This document shows positions 30,730-41,061 of a stretch of 64,000 nucleotides of DNA, in pieces. Made by a program: the position numbers and the translations under genes. The notes below the pieces were generated by a model, which did no database searches, was not told where the DNA came from, and saw only the letters and a program-made list of their open reading frames with translations. How positions within the stretch are numbered: the stretch's first letter is position 1; each line of letters opens with the position of its first letter. Origin of the DNA: Candidatus Heimdallarchaeum endolithica (GTDB taxonomy: Archaea; Asgardarchaeota; Heimdallarchaeia; Heimdallarchaeales; Heimdallarchaeaceae); contig CP084167.1 of NCBI GenBank assembly GCA_021513715.1, forward strand, positions 1,792,001 through 1,856,000. The letters run 5' to 3'.

Positions 30730-30960
30730 TTGAAAATAGCAAGTAACCAATATTTAAATGATAGATTTGATATTAATCCCACCCAATCATTTGACGAAAA
30801 GCAGACTACAGAAACACTTATTGTTTTTCAATGTGCAGAATGTGGAACAAACTATTTTTTTCCACCGACAAGATGTAAACAAGTAAATTGCAATAATATT
30901 CACTTTAAGCCAATTATAGTTTCAGGGGTAGAAAAAGAAAAAATCTATAGCGGCTTTTAA
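30730..30960 (+). CDS. Small zinc-ribbon protein
   Basis: CAECG...C-x4-C; GGAG upstream of TTG start. Confidence 0.55.
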   Translation: MKIASNQYLNDRFDINPTQSFDEKQTTETLIVFQCAECGTNYFFPPTRCKQVNCNNIHFKPIIVSGVEKEKIYSGF

Positions 30961-31105
30961 TTAAAGCAAATTGTTTTATCTTAAAATCAAATAGTTTTTT
31001 TGTACTGGGGATTTTGTGAAAATAAACATAAATAATAAGCTTTAAAATTCAACTCCAAAACTTGCATTAACAACGAGATGTCGAAAGGAATCGTTGGTGA
31101 GTATA

Positions 31106-31735
31106 ATGACTAAGAGTATGTACAGATATATCTCAGATTTTTGGAAAAAAAGGAATAGTCCAGAATTTAAAGAATTAATGCGAAATAGGATTATTGCATG
31201 GAGAAGAGAAGGAGCTCTTCAAAGAATAGAAAGACCAACAAGAATAGACAGAGCGAGAGCTCTAGGTTATAAAGCAAAACAAGGATATATTGTTGTTCGT
31301 TCAAGAGTAAGACGAGGAGGAAGGAGAAAGAAGCGACCTGTTCGAGGAAGAAAATCTAGAAATTTAGGTGTAAACAAAATCACTCCAAAAAAGAGCATAA
31401 AATTAATTGCTGAAGAACGTGCAGCAAGAAAATATCCTAACTTAGAAGTCTTAAACAGCTACTGGGTAGGACAAGACGGTAGACATAAATGGTTTGAAAT
31501 AATCATGGTTGATCCTCAACATCCTGCGATAGCAAAAGATCATCGAACTTCCTGGTTATCAGACTTTGAATACAGAGGAGACAAAAAATATTACATAAAA
31601 CGTGGCAACCAAAGAGGAAGAGTGTTCAGAGGTAAAACAAGTTCTGGAAAGAAGATGAGAGGACAAAGGAAAAAAGGTATAGGAACTGAAAAGAACAGAC
31701 CTTCGTTAAGAAGACATCATCGAAGAGGAAATTAG
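31106..31735 (+). CDS. rpl15e: 50S ribosomal protein L15e
   Basis: [27 protein letters not shown]. Confidence 0.97.
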   Translation: MTKSMYRYISDFWKKRNSPEFKELMRNRIIAWRREGALQRIERPTRIDRARALGYKAKQGYIVVRSRVRRGGRRKKRPVRGRKSRNLGVNKITPKKSIKLIAEERAARKYPNLEVLNSYWVGQDGRHKWFEIIMVDPQHPAIAKDHRTSWLSDFEYRGDKKYYIKRGNQRGRVFRGKTSSGKKMRGQRKKGIGTEKNRPSLRRHHRRGN

Positions 31736-31789
31736 AAACTTTTTTCTATTTTATCATTTTTCTTTACACCAGATAATTGAGGGAAGCAA

Positions 31790-32248
31790 TTGACAATTGA
31801 AATAAATAGAATTGAACTCATTATGTCAGTTCACGCAACTGAAAGTATGAAAAAAAATGACCAAGTTTTAACAAATATTCTCTCTGAAGAGTTATTAAAA
31901 AAGAATAAAATAATTACGGAAGAATTTGAGGGAGGATATGGAAATCCAATAATCATAAAGAAAGTTGAACTAGCAAAAAAAAAAGACATAGAGGAATTTA
32001 TTGCTTTTTTCTCACAAAGATTGACTGAAGAAAGCAAGAAAAAACTTTTTTCAGAATTTGAAGAAAGATTTGATGAAAACAAAAATAGATTCTATATAAG
32101 AATAGAAAAAGAAGAAGCGTACAAAGGAATTTTAAAAACAGAAAATAGCCCAAGAAATGTAAAAATTGAATTAAGACTAAAAACTTTTGATGCCAATCCC
32201 GATTATAAAAAATTCCTAACAAACAAAGGAATATTAAAAGAAAATTAA
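31790..32248 (+). CDS. DUF54 RNA-binding protein
   Basis: VHATES, GGYGNPI, FYIRIEK; conserved position after rpl15e. Confidence 0.85.
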   Translation: MTIEINRIELIMSVHATESMKKNDQVLTNILSEELLKKNKIITEEFEGGYGNPIIIKKVELAKKKDIEEFIAFFSQRLTEESKKKLFSEFEERFDENKNRFYIRIEKEEAYKGILKTENSPRNVKIELRLKTFDANPDYKKFLTNKGILKEN

Positions 32249-32282
32249 AAAAGGAAATAATAGATGAAAACTTTGGGAAAAG

Positions 32283-35200
32283 TTAGACTTTGTCTATTCC
32301 TATCGTAATTTTGTAACTATCAAATTCCCAATCTTTAACAAATTCAGATTTAACGGTACCAAAAGTAAGCTCGGTTGCTAGTGTCTCTTCCATTATATAA
32401 TCCTTGAACTGAGTGATAGATTCTTTTCCAAAGTCATCAGTGGTTATAGCTAGTCTGATCTTTTGTGTATATTCTAGATTCATATCTTTACGCATAGTTT
32501 GAACACGACGCACAACATCACGAACATAACCTTCACGCTTTAGATCCTCAGTAAGAGTTGTGTTAAGTAATATCAAATAGCCATCGACTTCTTGACCTTC
32601 AAAACCTTCACTTACCTTTATCTGATAGAGAACATCGTCAGGTGTAAGAATATATTGTTTTCCTTCAACTTCAATAGAGATATTACTCCCAGAAGTGATA
32701 GTTTCAACATATTCTCTAGCAGTTTCTTGATTTATCTCCTCAAGATACTGTTTAATCTTAGTAATATTGCCTTTAACTTTTTTAGCAAGAATTTTGAAGT
32801 TGGGCTTTATCTGATAATGAACGAATTCCTTAGAACTCTCTTTGATTTTGATGCTTTTAACATTAAGTTCATCCATCAAAACCATTTCGTATTTTTGTAG
32901 AATTGTGGCTTTGCTATGTGGAGAAATTATGATAAGCTCAGATAAAGGCTGACGCATCTTGATATTGGCACTAGAACGAAGACTTCGACCTGCAGTTATA
33001 AGATTATAAATAAGGTTCATTTCATCAGAAAGTTTTTCATCAGTTTGTTCTTTTACAAATTCAGGGTAAGAACATAAGTGAACACTTTCTTCCGATGAAG
33101 GATAAATTTTCTTAACCAAGTTATGATACAATTGTTCAGAAAGAAAAGGAATGAAAGGTGCGAGTAGCTTAGTGAGTGAAACTAATACTTCATAGGTTGT
33201 AATATAAGCAGATTTTTTATCGTTGTTAAGACCCTCTTGCCAGAAACGACGACGAGAACGACGTAAATACCAATTTGAAAATTTATCAATGACAAAGCCC
33301 TCGAAAGCTTTTACAGCTAAATGAACAGAGAAATCATTCATTGCAGCATTAACGGTTTTTATCAAATAATTAAGCTCGCTAACTAGCCATCTGTCAAGTT
33401 CCGGACGCTCTTTGAGAGGAATTGTAAAGTGTTTTGGGTTAAAATTATCAACATTGGCATTATATATGAAAAATACATAACTGTTCCACAACGTAAGAAT
33501 AAACTTTCTTAAAGCCTCACGGACTAAACGATCAGAAAAACGAGTGTTATTCCAAGTAGGATTAGAGTAAAGATACCAACGAACAGCATCAGCACCATGA
33601 ACATTAATAATTTCATCAGGAGGAATGTAGTTACCCAAACGTTTACTAAGCTTACGACCAGTCTCATCTAAGATAAGTCCCATAGTCAAAACTGACTTAT
33701 AGGAAGAAGTGTCAAAAAGTAAAGTACTGATGGCTAAGAGGCTATAAAAAAATCCACGAGTTTGATCGAGGCTTTCACAAATCCAATCAAATGGGAAGTG
33801 CTCTTCAAATTTTTTCTTATTTTCGAATGGGTAGTGGAATTGAGCAAAAGGTGCAGCCCCACTATCGTACCAGCAATCTATTACATATGGTACTCTTTCT
33901 GCTTCTTCTTCACATTCTGGGCATTTAAATTTTATTTCATCCACCCATGGTCTATGTAAATTAAAATCTTTTTCAAATTCTTTTCCATATAGTTCTCTTA
34001 ATTCTGCTTTGCTTCCTACAAATGTTCTATGCCCATTTTTACATATCCATATTGGTAATGGTGTTCCCCAATATCTGTTTCTCGATAGCGCCCAATCTCT
34101 CACGTTCTCTATGAAATTCCCAAATCTTCCATGTTTCAAATATTCTGGTTTCCAGAATATCTTTTCGTTGTTTTCTATTAATTTTTCTTTCATTTTTGTC
34201 ATTTCTATGTACCAAGTTGGTGTCGAGTAATATAGTAGTGGTGAATCACATCTTGGGCAGAATGGATAAGTATGTTTATATTTCTCTTTTTTCCATAACA
34301 GTCCTCTCTCTTTCAATTGTTCTATTATTTTTGGGTCAGCTTTTTTCACGTGTAATCCTTTAAAATCAGTTATTCTTTCATCAAATGTTCCATCTTCCAG
34401 CACTGGATTGAGAACTGGTAATTTGTATTTTCTTCCTGTTTCTGCGTCATCTTCTCCAAATGCTGGTGCAGAATGTACTATTCCTGTTCCTTCTGTTGTT
34501 GTTACATAATCAGCCAGTGTTACATAAAATGCTTTTTTCTTTGTTTTTATATATGGGAATAGTTGCTCATACTTTTTCTTTTCTAGTTCTTTTCCTTTGA
34601 ATTTCTTTAACACTTTATATTCTTCTTTTAGAAGTACTTTTGCTCTTTCTTCTGCTAGTATCAATTTTTCTCCATTATACTCTATCCACACATAATCTAT
34701 TTCTGGATGAACTGTTAGACATACATTGCTTATTAAAGTCCATGGAGTTGTTGTCCAAGCTAGGAAATATGTTTCTTCAAAATCTTTGGCTTTAAACTTT
34801 ACAAATATTGCAGGATCAGTAGTTTCTTTCATTCCTTGTCCTGCTTCGTGAGTAGATAATGGTGTTCCACATCTTGTACAGTAAGGAACTACTTTATGTC
34901 CTAGATATATCAACCCTTTTTTCCATATTTCTTTTAATGACCACCATACGCTTTCTATGTAATTTTCGTCTAGAGTTATATAGGGGTGGTCCATATCTAG
35001 CCAGAAGCCTATTCTGTTTGACATATCTCTCCAAGCTTTTTCATATTTGAACACACTTTCTTTGCATTTTTGGTTAAATTCTTTTATTCCATACTTTTCT
35101 ATCTCGTTCTTATCTTTTATACCAAGGGCTTTTTCTACCTCTCTTTCAACTGGTAAACCGTGTGTATCCCAGCCAGCTATCCTAGGTTGAACATCGTAAC

Positions 35201-35441
35201 CTTTCATTGTCTTATATCGTAAGAACACATCTTTAATAGAACGAGTTAATACGTGACCCATATGAGGTTGTCCATTTGCTGTTGGAGGTCCTTCTAGCCA
35301 TCTGAACAGTTCTTTTCCTTTATTTTTCTTTCTTGATTTTTCAAATACTTTCTTTTCTTTCCAGAATTTTAGTATCTTTTCTTCTTCTTTTGCAAACTCT
35401 TGTGTCGTTTTCACAGGTTCAAAAACGTTACCACTACTCAT
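32283..35441 (-). CDS. ileS: Isoleucine--tRNA ligase (type 2)
   Basis: GPPTANG.PHMGH, GWDTHGLP, WTTTPWTL, SRNRYWGTP, KLSKR. Confidence 0.96.
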   Translation of the reverse strand: MSSGNVFEPVKTTQEFAKEEEKILKFWKEKKVFEKSRKKNKGKELFRWLEGPPTANGQPHMGHVLTRSIKDVFLRYKTMKGYDVQPRIAGWDTHGLPVEREVEKALGIKDKNEIEKYGIKEFNQKCKESVFKYEKAWRDMSNRIGFWLDMDHPYITLDENYIESVWWSLKEIWKKGLIYLGHKVVPYCTRCGTPLSTHEAGQGMKETTDPAIFVKFKAKDFEETYFLAWTTTPWTLISNVCLTVHPEIDYVWIEYNGEKLILAEERAKVLLKEEYKVLKKFKGKELEKKKYEQLFPYIKTKKKAFYVTLADYVTTTEGTGIVHSAPAFGEDDAETGRKYKLPVLNPVLEDGTFDERITDFKGLHVKKADPKIIEQLKERGLLWKKEKYKHTYPFCPRCDSPLLYYSTPTWYIEMTKMKEKLIENNEKIFWKPEYLKHGRFGNFIENVRDWALSRNRYWGTPLPIWICKNGHRTFVGSKAELRELYGKEFEKDFNLHRPWVDEIKFKCPECEEEAERVPYVIDCWYDSGAAPFAQFHYPFENKKKFEEHFPFDWICESLDQTRGFFYSLLAISTLLFDTSSYKSVLTMGLILDETGRKLSKRLGNYIPPDEIINVHGADAVRWYLYSNPTWNNTRFSDRLVREALRKFILTLWNSYVFFIYNANVDNFNPKHFTIPLKERPELDRWLVSELNYLIKTVNAAMNDFSVHLAVKAFEGFVIDKFSNWYLRRSRRRFWQEGLNNDKKSAYITTYEVLVSLTKLLAPFIPFLSEQLYHNLVKKIYPSSEESVHLCSYPEFVKEQTDEKLSDEMNLIYNLITAGRSLRSSANIKMRQPLSELIIISPHSKATILQKYEMVLMDELNVKSIKIKESSKEFVHYQIKPNFKILAKKVKGNITKIKQYLEEINQETAREYVETITSGSNISIEVEGKQYILTPDDVLYQIKVSEGFEGQEVDGYLILLNTTLTEDLKREGYVRDVVRRVQTMRKDMNLEYTQKIRLAITTDDFGKESITQFKDYIMEETLATELTFGTVKSEFVKDWEFDSYKITIGIDKV

Positions 35442-35463
35442 TCATTTTTCCTCTCCTAAAAAA

Positions 35464-35552
35464 TTCTTAGTAAATCTTCGATGGACTGCGCTAAGACTAC
35501 GTAGAAAAAAAGTTTTCTTAGTGAATTTCGCGATCCATCCTTTTTTTTACCT
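35464..35552 (-). promoter_or_regulatory. Structured ~110-nt 5' leader of ileS (candidate cis-regulatory RNA)
   Basis: GATGGA/TCCATC and CTAAGA/TCTTAG stems, with an alternative TCTTAG partner; BRE/TATA-like AAAGATTTAAAAT at ~35576-35588 on the minus strand. Confidence 0.45.
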
Positions 35553-35626
35553 CAACAGTCAATTTTTATCCTTTATTTTAAATCTTTCTTTTCTTCTTAT
35601 CCTATTTTTTACTTGTAAGTCAATCT

Positions 35627-35669
35627 TTCTCACTTTTTTAAATTCTCACTTTTTTAAATTCTCACTTTT
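35627..35669. repeat. 16-bp tandem repeat TTCTCACTTTTTTAAA x2.7
   Basis: Direct reading. Confidence 0.85.
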
Positions 35670-35816
35670 CCCTTATTCAAGGAATTAGTCTATGCTTTTA
35701 TCCTTCCACATCAAATTTTTCCAATAAGGCATTGTAAAATCAATATGAAAAAGTAAAAATTATTAGATCTTATTTTTTTCAAAAGTATAAGAATAAAAAG
35801 CACTTTCATCCATTTT

Positions 35817-36029
35817 TTAACGTATAAAAATACTTAATATTGTCGTAATTATCAACACTGTTACTCCAGCAACCACTAACCAAAACACTATATCAATCAA
35901 GTAAATCATTTTTGGAACTTTTACTTTTTCCCATTTCTTTACTACAGTATTGTTTAAATTCTTTTCTGAGCTCATTTTCCACCTTTCTCCTTTATTATCT
36001 ATACCTTTCCTATTCCACTTTTCTCCCAT
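35817..36029 (-). CDS. Small single-TM protein (start probably MSSEK)
   Basis: C-terminal hydrophobic helix. Confidence 0.5.
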   Translation of the reverse strand: MGEKWNRKGIDNKGERWKMSSEKNLNNTVVKKWEKVKVPKMIYLIDIVFWLVVAGVTVLIITTILSIFIR

Positions 36030-36517
36030 TTCTGAAATTGTTCAAGTAAGTTTTCTATTTCCCCTGATACACCTTTTTTGTCTACGAAAACAGTTTTTCC
36101 TTTAATTCGTATATTGTCTGTTGGTAAATCTAGTAAGAACTTCTGCAATGCTAGTTCATCAGTAAATCCTAACAGTTCAGCCATTGTCTCTATTTCTATT
36201 TCTTCATATTTCATTAATATTTGTTCAAATTTTGCTTTTCTTTCTTTCTCTGTTAATTCTTTAATTATTTTTTCTCCTTTCTTCTTTATTTTGACAAATC
36301 TATCTTCTTTTAGCTCGCCCTCTATTTTTCTTTTTTCTATTAGTGATTGAATTATAGCTCTTACTTCATCTTCTTCTATACCTGTGATTTCAGTTATTTT
36401 GCTTACTTCTCTAACTTTTTCAAGTTGAGTTAAAATTGTTTTTTCCTTTATTTTCCTTTGTATTTCAGGAATTTTCTTTTTTACATAATATCTTGAAAAT
36501 GGACCTATGATTTTCAT
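35999..36517 (-). CDS. Tandem winged-helix / PCI-like protein
   Basis: ITEITGIEEDEVRAIIQSLIEKRKIEGEL plus a second wHTH-like segment. Confidence 0.6.
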   Translation of the reverse strand: MKIIGPFSRYYVKKKIPEIQRKIKEKTILTQLEKVREVSKITEITGIEEDEVRAIIQSLIEKRKIEGELKEDRFVKIKKKGEKIIKELTEKERKAKFEQILMKYEEIEIETMAELLGFTDELALQKFLLDLPTDNIRIKGKTVFVDKKGVSGEIENLLEQFQKWEKSGIGKV

Positions 36518-36621
36518 TTTATCCTTTTAATACTTGGTTGCTTTGACTATTTAATTTTTCTTAGAATTTTCTAATGTTATAATAACAATAAAAGTAATGT
36601 TAAAAAGCTCCTTTCTTTTTT

Positions 36622-36647
36622 TTTATATGACTACATAATATGTAGTC
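36622..36647 (+). promoter_or_regulatory. TATA box followed by palindromic operator-like site GACTACAT-AAT-ATGTAGTC
   Basis: TTTATAT at 36622-36628; 8-bp inverted repeat at 36629-36647, just upstream of the sRNA. Confidence 0.5.
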
Positions 36648-36650
36648 GTT

Positions 36651-36714
36651 TGTGGCGATGACTTAACCGTCCCAGTCTGATTCAAATGATGAGCCTACGA
36701 CAGTATGAGCCACA
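36651..36714 (+). ncRNA. Box C/D guide sRNA candidate
   Basis: Terminal stem TGTGGC/GCCACA; C (CGATGA), D' (CTGA), C' (ATGATGA), D (ATGA); 15- and 12-nt guides. Confidence 0.7.
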
Positions 36715-36825
36715 TTATTTAGTTCTTTTTGTTTTTCAATTTGTCATTTTGTAATTGTACTTTGATAATGGAACTTTTTTTTTAAAAAAGTAATATTTAA
36801 TTAATTCCCCCATATCCTTTCATTA

Positions 36826-38403
36826 ATGAACAACTCTACTGTTCAAATTGTTATCCCTCAATCAGGGCATCATGAACCAATTACAGTAATCAAAGAAATA
36901 AATGGATTAGTTTTCACCGGAGACTCCTCTGGTAAAATTTGCATTTGGGATATATCCTTTGATAAAGAATTAGGTTTTATTAAAGCGCATTCATCTTCTA
37001 TTACAGATATTGAATTTTTCCCTTTCTTTCCATCTATTGTTACATCCTCACAGGGTTTAGATATCCGGTTATGGTCTTGGGATAACTTATCATTACTACA
37101 ATCTCAACAGGTTCATGGATCTGTTGTTATTAACATCGAGTTTCTTGACGAGTATATTATCACAGGGGGACGTGACAGGTTACTTAAGAAATGGACATTT
37201 TCTAAAGGAGAATTTCATCTTGAAAAACAGATTAAAATCCCTTATTTAGAAGAATTTTTTGTTTTTGATGATAATATTCTTATTTCTTGTTCTGATGGTT
37301 CAATTTCTATCTACGATTCGGATTTTAATCCCTTATCTTATTTAACTCTAAAACGGAATAAACTTATATCTGCAATCAGAAAATCAGGAAAATACCTTCC
37401 TAAGTACAAAAAAGATCCCTTCACTGTTATAGGACACTTAGAAGGTGTTCGAGGACTTTCTGTTACCTGTTTCACTTTCGATGAAAAATTCCTTTATTTA
37501 GGACACTTTTATGGTGTTATTACTGTCTGGAGGAAGAATGATTTCAAACTTTCCCATGTTTTTGTTTCACATGATAAGAATATTACCTCTATTTATATAT
37601 TTAAAGAAAAAGTAATAACAATTGCTCTTGATTCTAAAGTTGCAATTTTTGATATTTCAAAGGAACAATACCATTCATACGAATTACCTTATCGACCTCT
37701 ATGTTTAACTCAATTAACTAATGAAAATTTTGTTATTGGGTTTGATAATGGTCAAATTGGAGTTTATAATAGTGAATTTCATGAAATTAAGAAAAGAGTA
37801 CCTATCCAAAATATTACTTGCTGTTCAATTTCTCCTGAATTTATTTTAGTAGGAACTGATAAGGGATATGTTAAACGTTATACTATCCCCAATCTTGAAG
37901 AAATAACAGACTTTCAGATTGGTCTATCATCAATATTAGGAATTTTCTACTATGATAGTATGATAGCTATTATTGATAGTGATAGTAACCTTAGAATATA
38001 TAAATCGGATTTAGCTTTTTCAGAGATCAAGCGACTATCAATTCCTATAAGAAAGGAAAAATTAACATTACGCGGATATAACAGATATATTGTTTTGTCC
38101 TTTAACATGATTTTTGATTTTGAAAAAATGGAAATAATGAAGGGAGAAGTTTCTTCTTCAACAAAAAAAGTATATTCAGAGTCTACAGTATATTCTTTTT
38201 CTTTTGAAACAGGAAATATTATTCTCAATATAAATAAAGATAAGCTAAATATGCTCTTAAAAAAGGAAGACTACTCTGTTCACCCTAAAAACGTTCTACT
38301 TAATATTAGAGAACTAGTTCATAATGCTTCTTCTCTAATACAAATTGGTGAATTTACATGGGTTAACATTGACAATTTTAATCAAACTAAAAAAGCCAGT
38401 TAA
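36826..38403 (+). CDS. WD40-repeat protein
   Basis: GHHEPIT...ICIWD, AHSSSIT...IRLWS, GGRDRLLKKW. Confidence 0.85.
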   Translation: MNNSTVQIVIPQSGHHEPITVIKEINGLVFTGDSSGKICIWDISFDKELGFIKAHSSSITDIEFFPFFPSIVTSSQGLDIRLWSWDNLSLLQSQQVHGSVVINIEFLDEYIITGGRDRLLKKWTFSKGEFHLEKQIKIPYLEEFFVFDDNILISCSDGSISIYDSDFNPLSYLTLKRNKLISAIRKSGKYLPKYKKDPFTVIGHLEGVRGLSVTCFTFDEKFLYLGHFYGVITVWRKNDFKLSHVFVSHDKNITSIYIFKEKVITIALDSKVAIFDISKEQYHSYELPYRPLCLTQLTNENFVIGFDNGQIGVYNSEFHEIKKRVPIQNITCCSISPEFILVGTDKGYVKRYTIPNLEEITDFQIGLSSILGIFYYDSMIAIIDSDSNLRIYKSDLAFSEIKRLSIPIRKEKLTLRGYNRYIVLSFNMIFDFEKMEIMKGEVSSSTKKVYSESTVYSFSFETGNIILNINKDKLNMLLKKEDYSVHPKNVLLNIRELVHNASSLIQIGEFTWVNIDNFNQTKKAS

Positions 38404-38448
38404 CTTTCCCTTCGATTGCTTTAATAATCTTAATTATTTCTTTTTGAT

Positions 38449-39042
38449 ATGTATAATATTATATTCATTACCCACAACAAACATAAATTTGAAGAAGCAT
38501 ATGAAAAGGCTAAATTATTTAATATTAACTTGCAGTGGATTAACTTAGAGTATGAAGAAATTCAAGATGATAGTCTTGAAGAAATTGCTCGATCAAGTTG
38601 CTTAAAAATATTAGAACTTAGACCTGACTTAAAGGATAAGTCTTTCTTTGTTGAAGATGCAGGTTTATTCATTAACTGTCTTAGGGGGTTTCCTGGTCCC
38701 TATTCTGCTTATGTATTTCGCACTATAGGTAACTGGGGTATTTTAAAATTGCTTCATGATGTTCCTGATAATGAACGTTCTGCTTTTTTTAAATCTGTAA
38801 TAGCCTATTACCATTCTGGAAAAATTGAACTTTTTTCAGGAGTAATTCAAGGTAAAATTATTAAAAGCCTAAAAGGATCTCAAGGGTTTGGTTTTGACCC
38901 TATTTTTTTGCCTGCAGGAAGTAACAAGACTTTTGCTCAAATGAATAAAGAATCAAAGAATTTAAAAGGACACAGAGGAAAAAGTCTTCAAGAACTCTTC
39001 ACGTCCCTATCAAAACCGCCTTCGTCTCTGAAAGATAGGTGA
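38449..39042 (+). CDS. rdgB: Non-canonical purine NTP pyrophosphatase (RdgB/Ham1)
   Basis: THNKHKFEE, EDAGL, GFPGPYS, GFGFDPIF, HRGK. Confidence 0.93.
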   Translation: MYNIIFITHNKHKFEEAYEKAKLFNINLQWINLEYEEIQDDSLEEIARSSCLKILELRPDLKDKSFFVEDAGLFINCLRGFPGPYSAYVFRTIGNWGILKLLHDVPDNERSAFFKSVIAYYHSGKIELFSGVIQGKIIKSLKGSQGFGFDPIFLPAGSNKTFAQMNKESKNLKGHRGKSLQELFTSLSKPPSSLKDR

Positions 39043-39048
39043 TAAATT

Positions 39049-39501
39049 ATGGCAAGAATGCATGCAAGAACAAAAGGAAAAGCTGGATCTACAAGACCTT
39101 ATCGTAATGAAGCTCCAGATTGGATGGAACACGATAAAGAATTTATTTTGCAAAAAATAGAAGAACTTAGAAGGCAAGGTTTACCATCTGCAATGATTGG
39201 TGTGATATTGAGAGATCAATATGGAATTCCTTCAGTTAAAGAAGTGTTAGGAAAAAAACTTGTTAAAATCTTAGAAGAAAAAGATTTGAAACCAAAATAT
39301 CCTGAAGATTTAACAGCACTAGTCCGTAAAGCTGTAAACATCCGAAGACATTTAGAAGAAAATCCAAAGGATTTACATAATAAGAGAGGGCTTATGCTTG
39401 TCGAATCTAAGATTAGACGATTAGTCAAATACTACAAGAAAAAGGGTGTATTTCCACCAAAATTCAAATATCAGCCAGATAAAGCTGGTTTACTGCTTTA
39501 A
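39049..39501 (+). CDS. rps15: 30S ribosomal protein S15 (uS15)
   Basis: MARMHAR, LRDQYGIP, ESKIRRLVKYY. Confidence 0.97.
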   Translation: MARMHARTKGKAGSTRPYRNEAPDWMEHDKEFILQKIEELRRQGLPSAMIGVILRDQYGIPSVKEVLGKKLVKILEEKDLKPKYPEDLTALVRKAVNIRRHLEENPKDLHNKRGLMLVESKIRRLVKYYKKKGVFPPKFKYQPDKAGLLL

Positions 39502-39566
39502 GAACCAATTTTTCCTTTCGATAGTCTTTTATTTTTTCTTTTTTTATGTTCGACAAGTGAAAAAAT

Positions 39567-41021
39567 ATGAGTGAAGAGGTCACTGAAGAAATCTACACAA
39601 ATTTGAAAAATGTAACAAAAGAATTTTCATCTCTGATTCAAGATACACTTGGAACGCATTTAATTTTAACAAATCCCACAATTGATGGATTGTGCGCATC
39701 TTCAATTTTATTTGAACTATTAACAAATAAGGAAAATGGAATACAAGTTTCGTTTAGAAAATCTTTACGAAATTTGCAGAAGATAAAAGAAAGAAAATAT
39801 GATAATATTTGGCTTTTAAATTATAAAATAACAAAAGAACATATTGAAGAATTGAAGAAGAGCAACAAAACTATATTTATTATAAATTATAAGATGGACA
39901 AAGAAGTTTTTGCAATGATTAACGGTAAAAAAGAAGATAGAATACATATTTTATCTTCAGTGTCTCTAAAAATGAATGAAAGATTCCTTTCTTCTTCAGG
40001 ACTGTTATATTTTGTCGCAAAAGCGTATGAGAAAGATTATTATAGATATGGTGTTCAAGCTCTTTTAGGTGCGCTATCTGAAGGGCAGATAGAAATATCA
40101 AGCCAAGAATTTATTGGTTTCAATAGGTTTATTCTTAATGAATTAATAGATGCAAATGTTCTCTCTCTTGTTCATGGTACTAGGATAAGAGGTAGAGAAA
40201 CAAAACCTATTCATTTAGCACTTATGCATTCTATTGACCCATATTTTCCTGGTTTAACAGGAAATGAAGGTGCTTGTACTTCATTTCTATCTAGAATTGG
40301 AATAACTATGAAAGATCAAAATAATGAATGGAGAAAAATTAGTGATCTTACTAAACAAGAGATGCAAACGCTAAATGATGCACTAATTTCACTAATTGTT
40401 AGTGAAGGAAAAAATACTGACGACATAAACAAACTTATTGGTCCCATTTATGTTTTGAAAAATGAGCAAAAAGAGAGCTATACTAAAAATTTAGATGAAT
40501 TTTTGCTTTTAATCGAGGGCGCTGTTAACCTTGAACTTTATGGGCTTGTGTTTGCAGTATTATTAGGCAATAGAACATTCCAATATAACCAAATCATATA
40601 TGAAATTGATAATTATTATGGAGAATCTAGTCAAATTATTGGTGAAATAGAAAATAATCAAATCACTTTAGAGAACAAAAAATACTTTTTAGTAGTAGAA
40701 GGTTTATCTTCTCTAAACAACCATAATGTTTTGAAAAAACTTTGCCAAAGTGGAAAATTTGATCTTAATAAACCAATATTTTTCTTATTTAAAAAACGAA
40801 AATACAGCGAAATATTTGTTTATGAATCTCCTGTACAAAAAATCAAAGGATATCTAATTTACCCCATATTTGCAAGATTAAAAGACGAGAGAATCATTGA
40901 AGAGATTTCTGATAAAGATGAGTTTTTTGTTGTAAAAATACTAAACGAATCTTTAGATAAAACCTATACAGAAATTGAAAAAAAATTAGATTATCATTAT
41001 CACGGAAAAAAGAAACAATAA
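39567..41021 (+). CDS. DHH/RecJ-like protein with degenerate catalytic motifs
   Basis: IDGLCASSI, LSSSGLLY; no intact DHH; conserved rps15-DHH-pcc1-rps3ae context. Confidence 0.75.
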   Translation: MSEEVTEEIYTNLKNVTKEFSSLIQDTLGTHLILTNPTIDGLCASSILFELLTNKENGIQVSFRKSLRNLQKIKERKYDNIWLLNYKITKEHIEELKKSNKTIFIINYKMDKEVFAMINGKKEDRIHILSSVSLKMNERFLSSSGLLYFVAKAYEKDYYRYGVQALLGALSEGQIEISSQEFIGFNRFILNELIDANVLSLVHGTRIRGRETKPIHLALMHSIDPYFPGLTGNEGACTSFLSRIGITMKDQNNEWRKISDLTKQEMQTLNDALISLIVSEGKNTDDINKLIGPIYVLKNEQKESYTKNLDEFLLLIEGAVNLELYGLVFAVLLGNRTFQYNQIIYEIDNYYGESSQIIGEIENNQITLENKKYFLVVEGLSSLNNHNVLKKLCQSGKFDLNKPIFFLFKKRKYSEIFVYESPVQKIKGYLIYPIFARLKDERIIEEISDKDEFFVVKILNESLDKTYTEIEKKLDYHYHGKKKQ

Positions 41022-41061
41022 AAGGGGATCAATTAGAGATTGACCTTTAATAGAAGGTAAT

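Noticed and set aside
30730-30960. Displaced rpoP
   Set aside because: Cys spacing and C-terminus do not match RpoP
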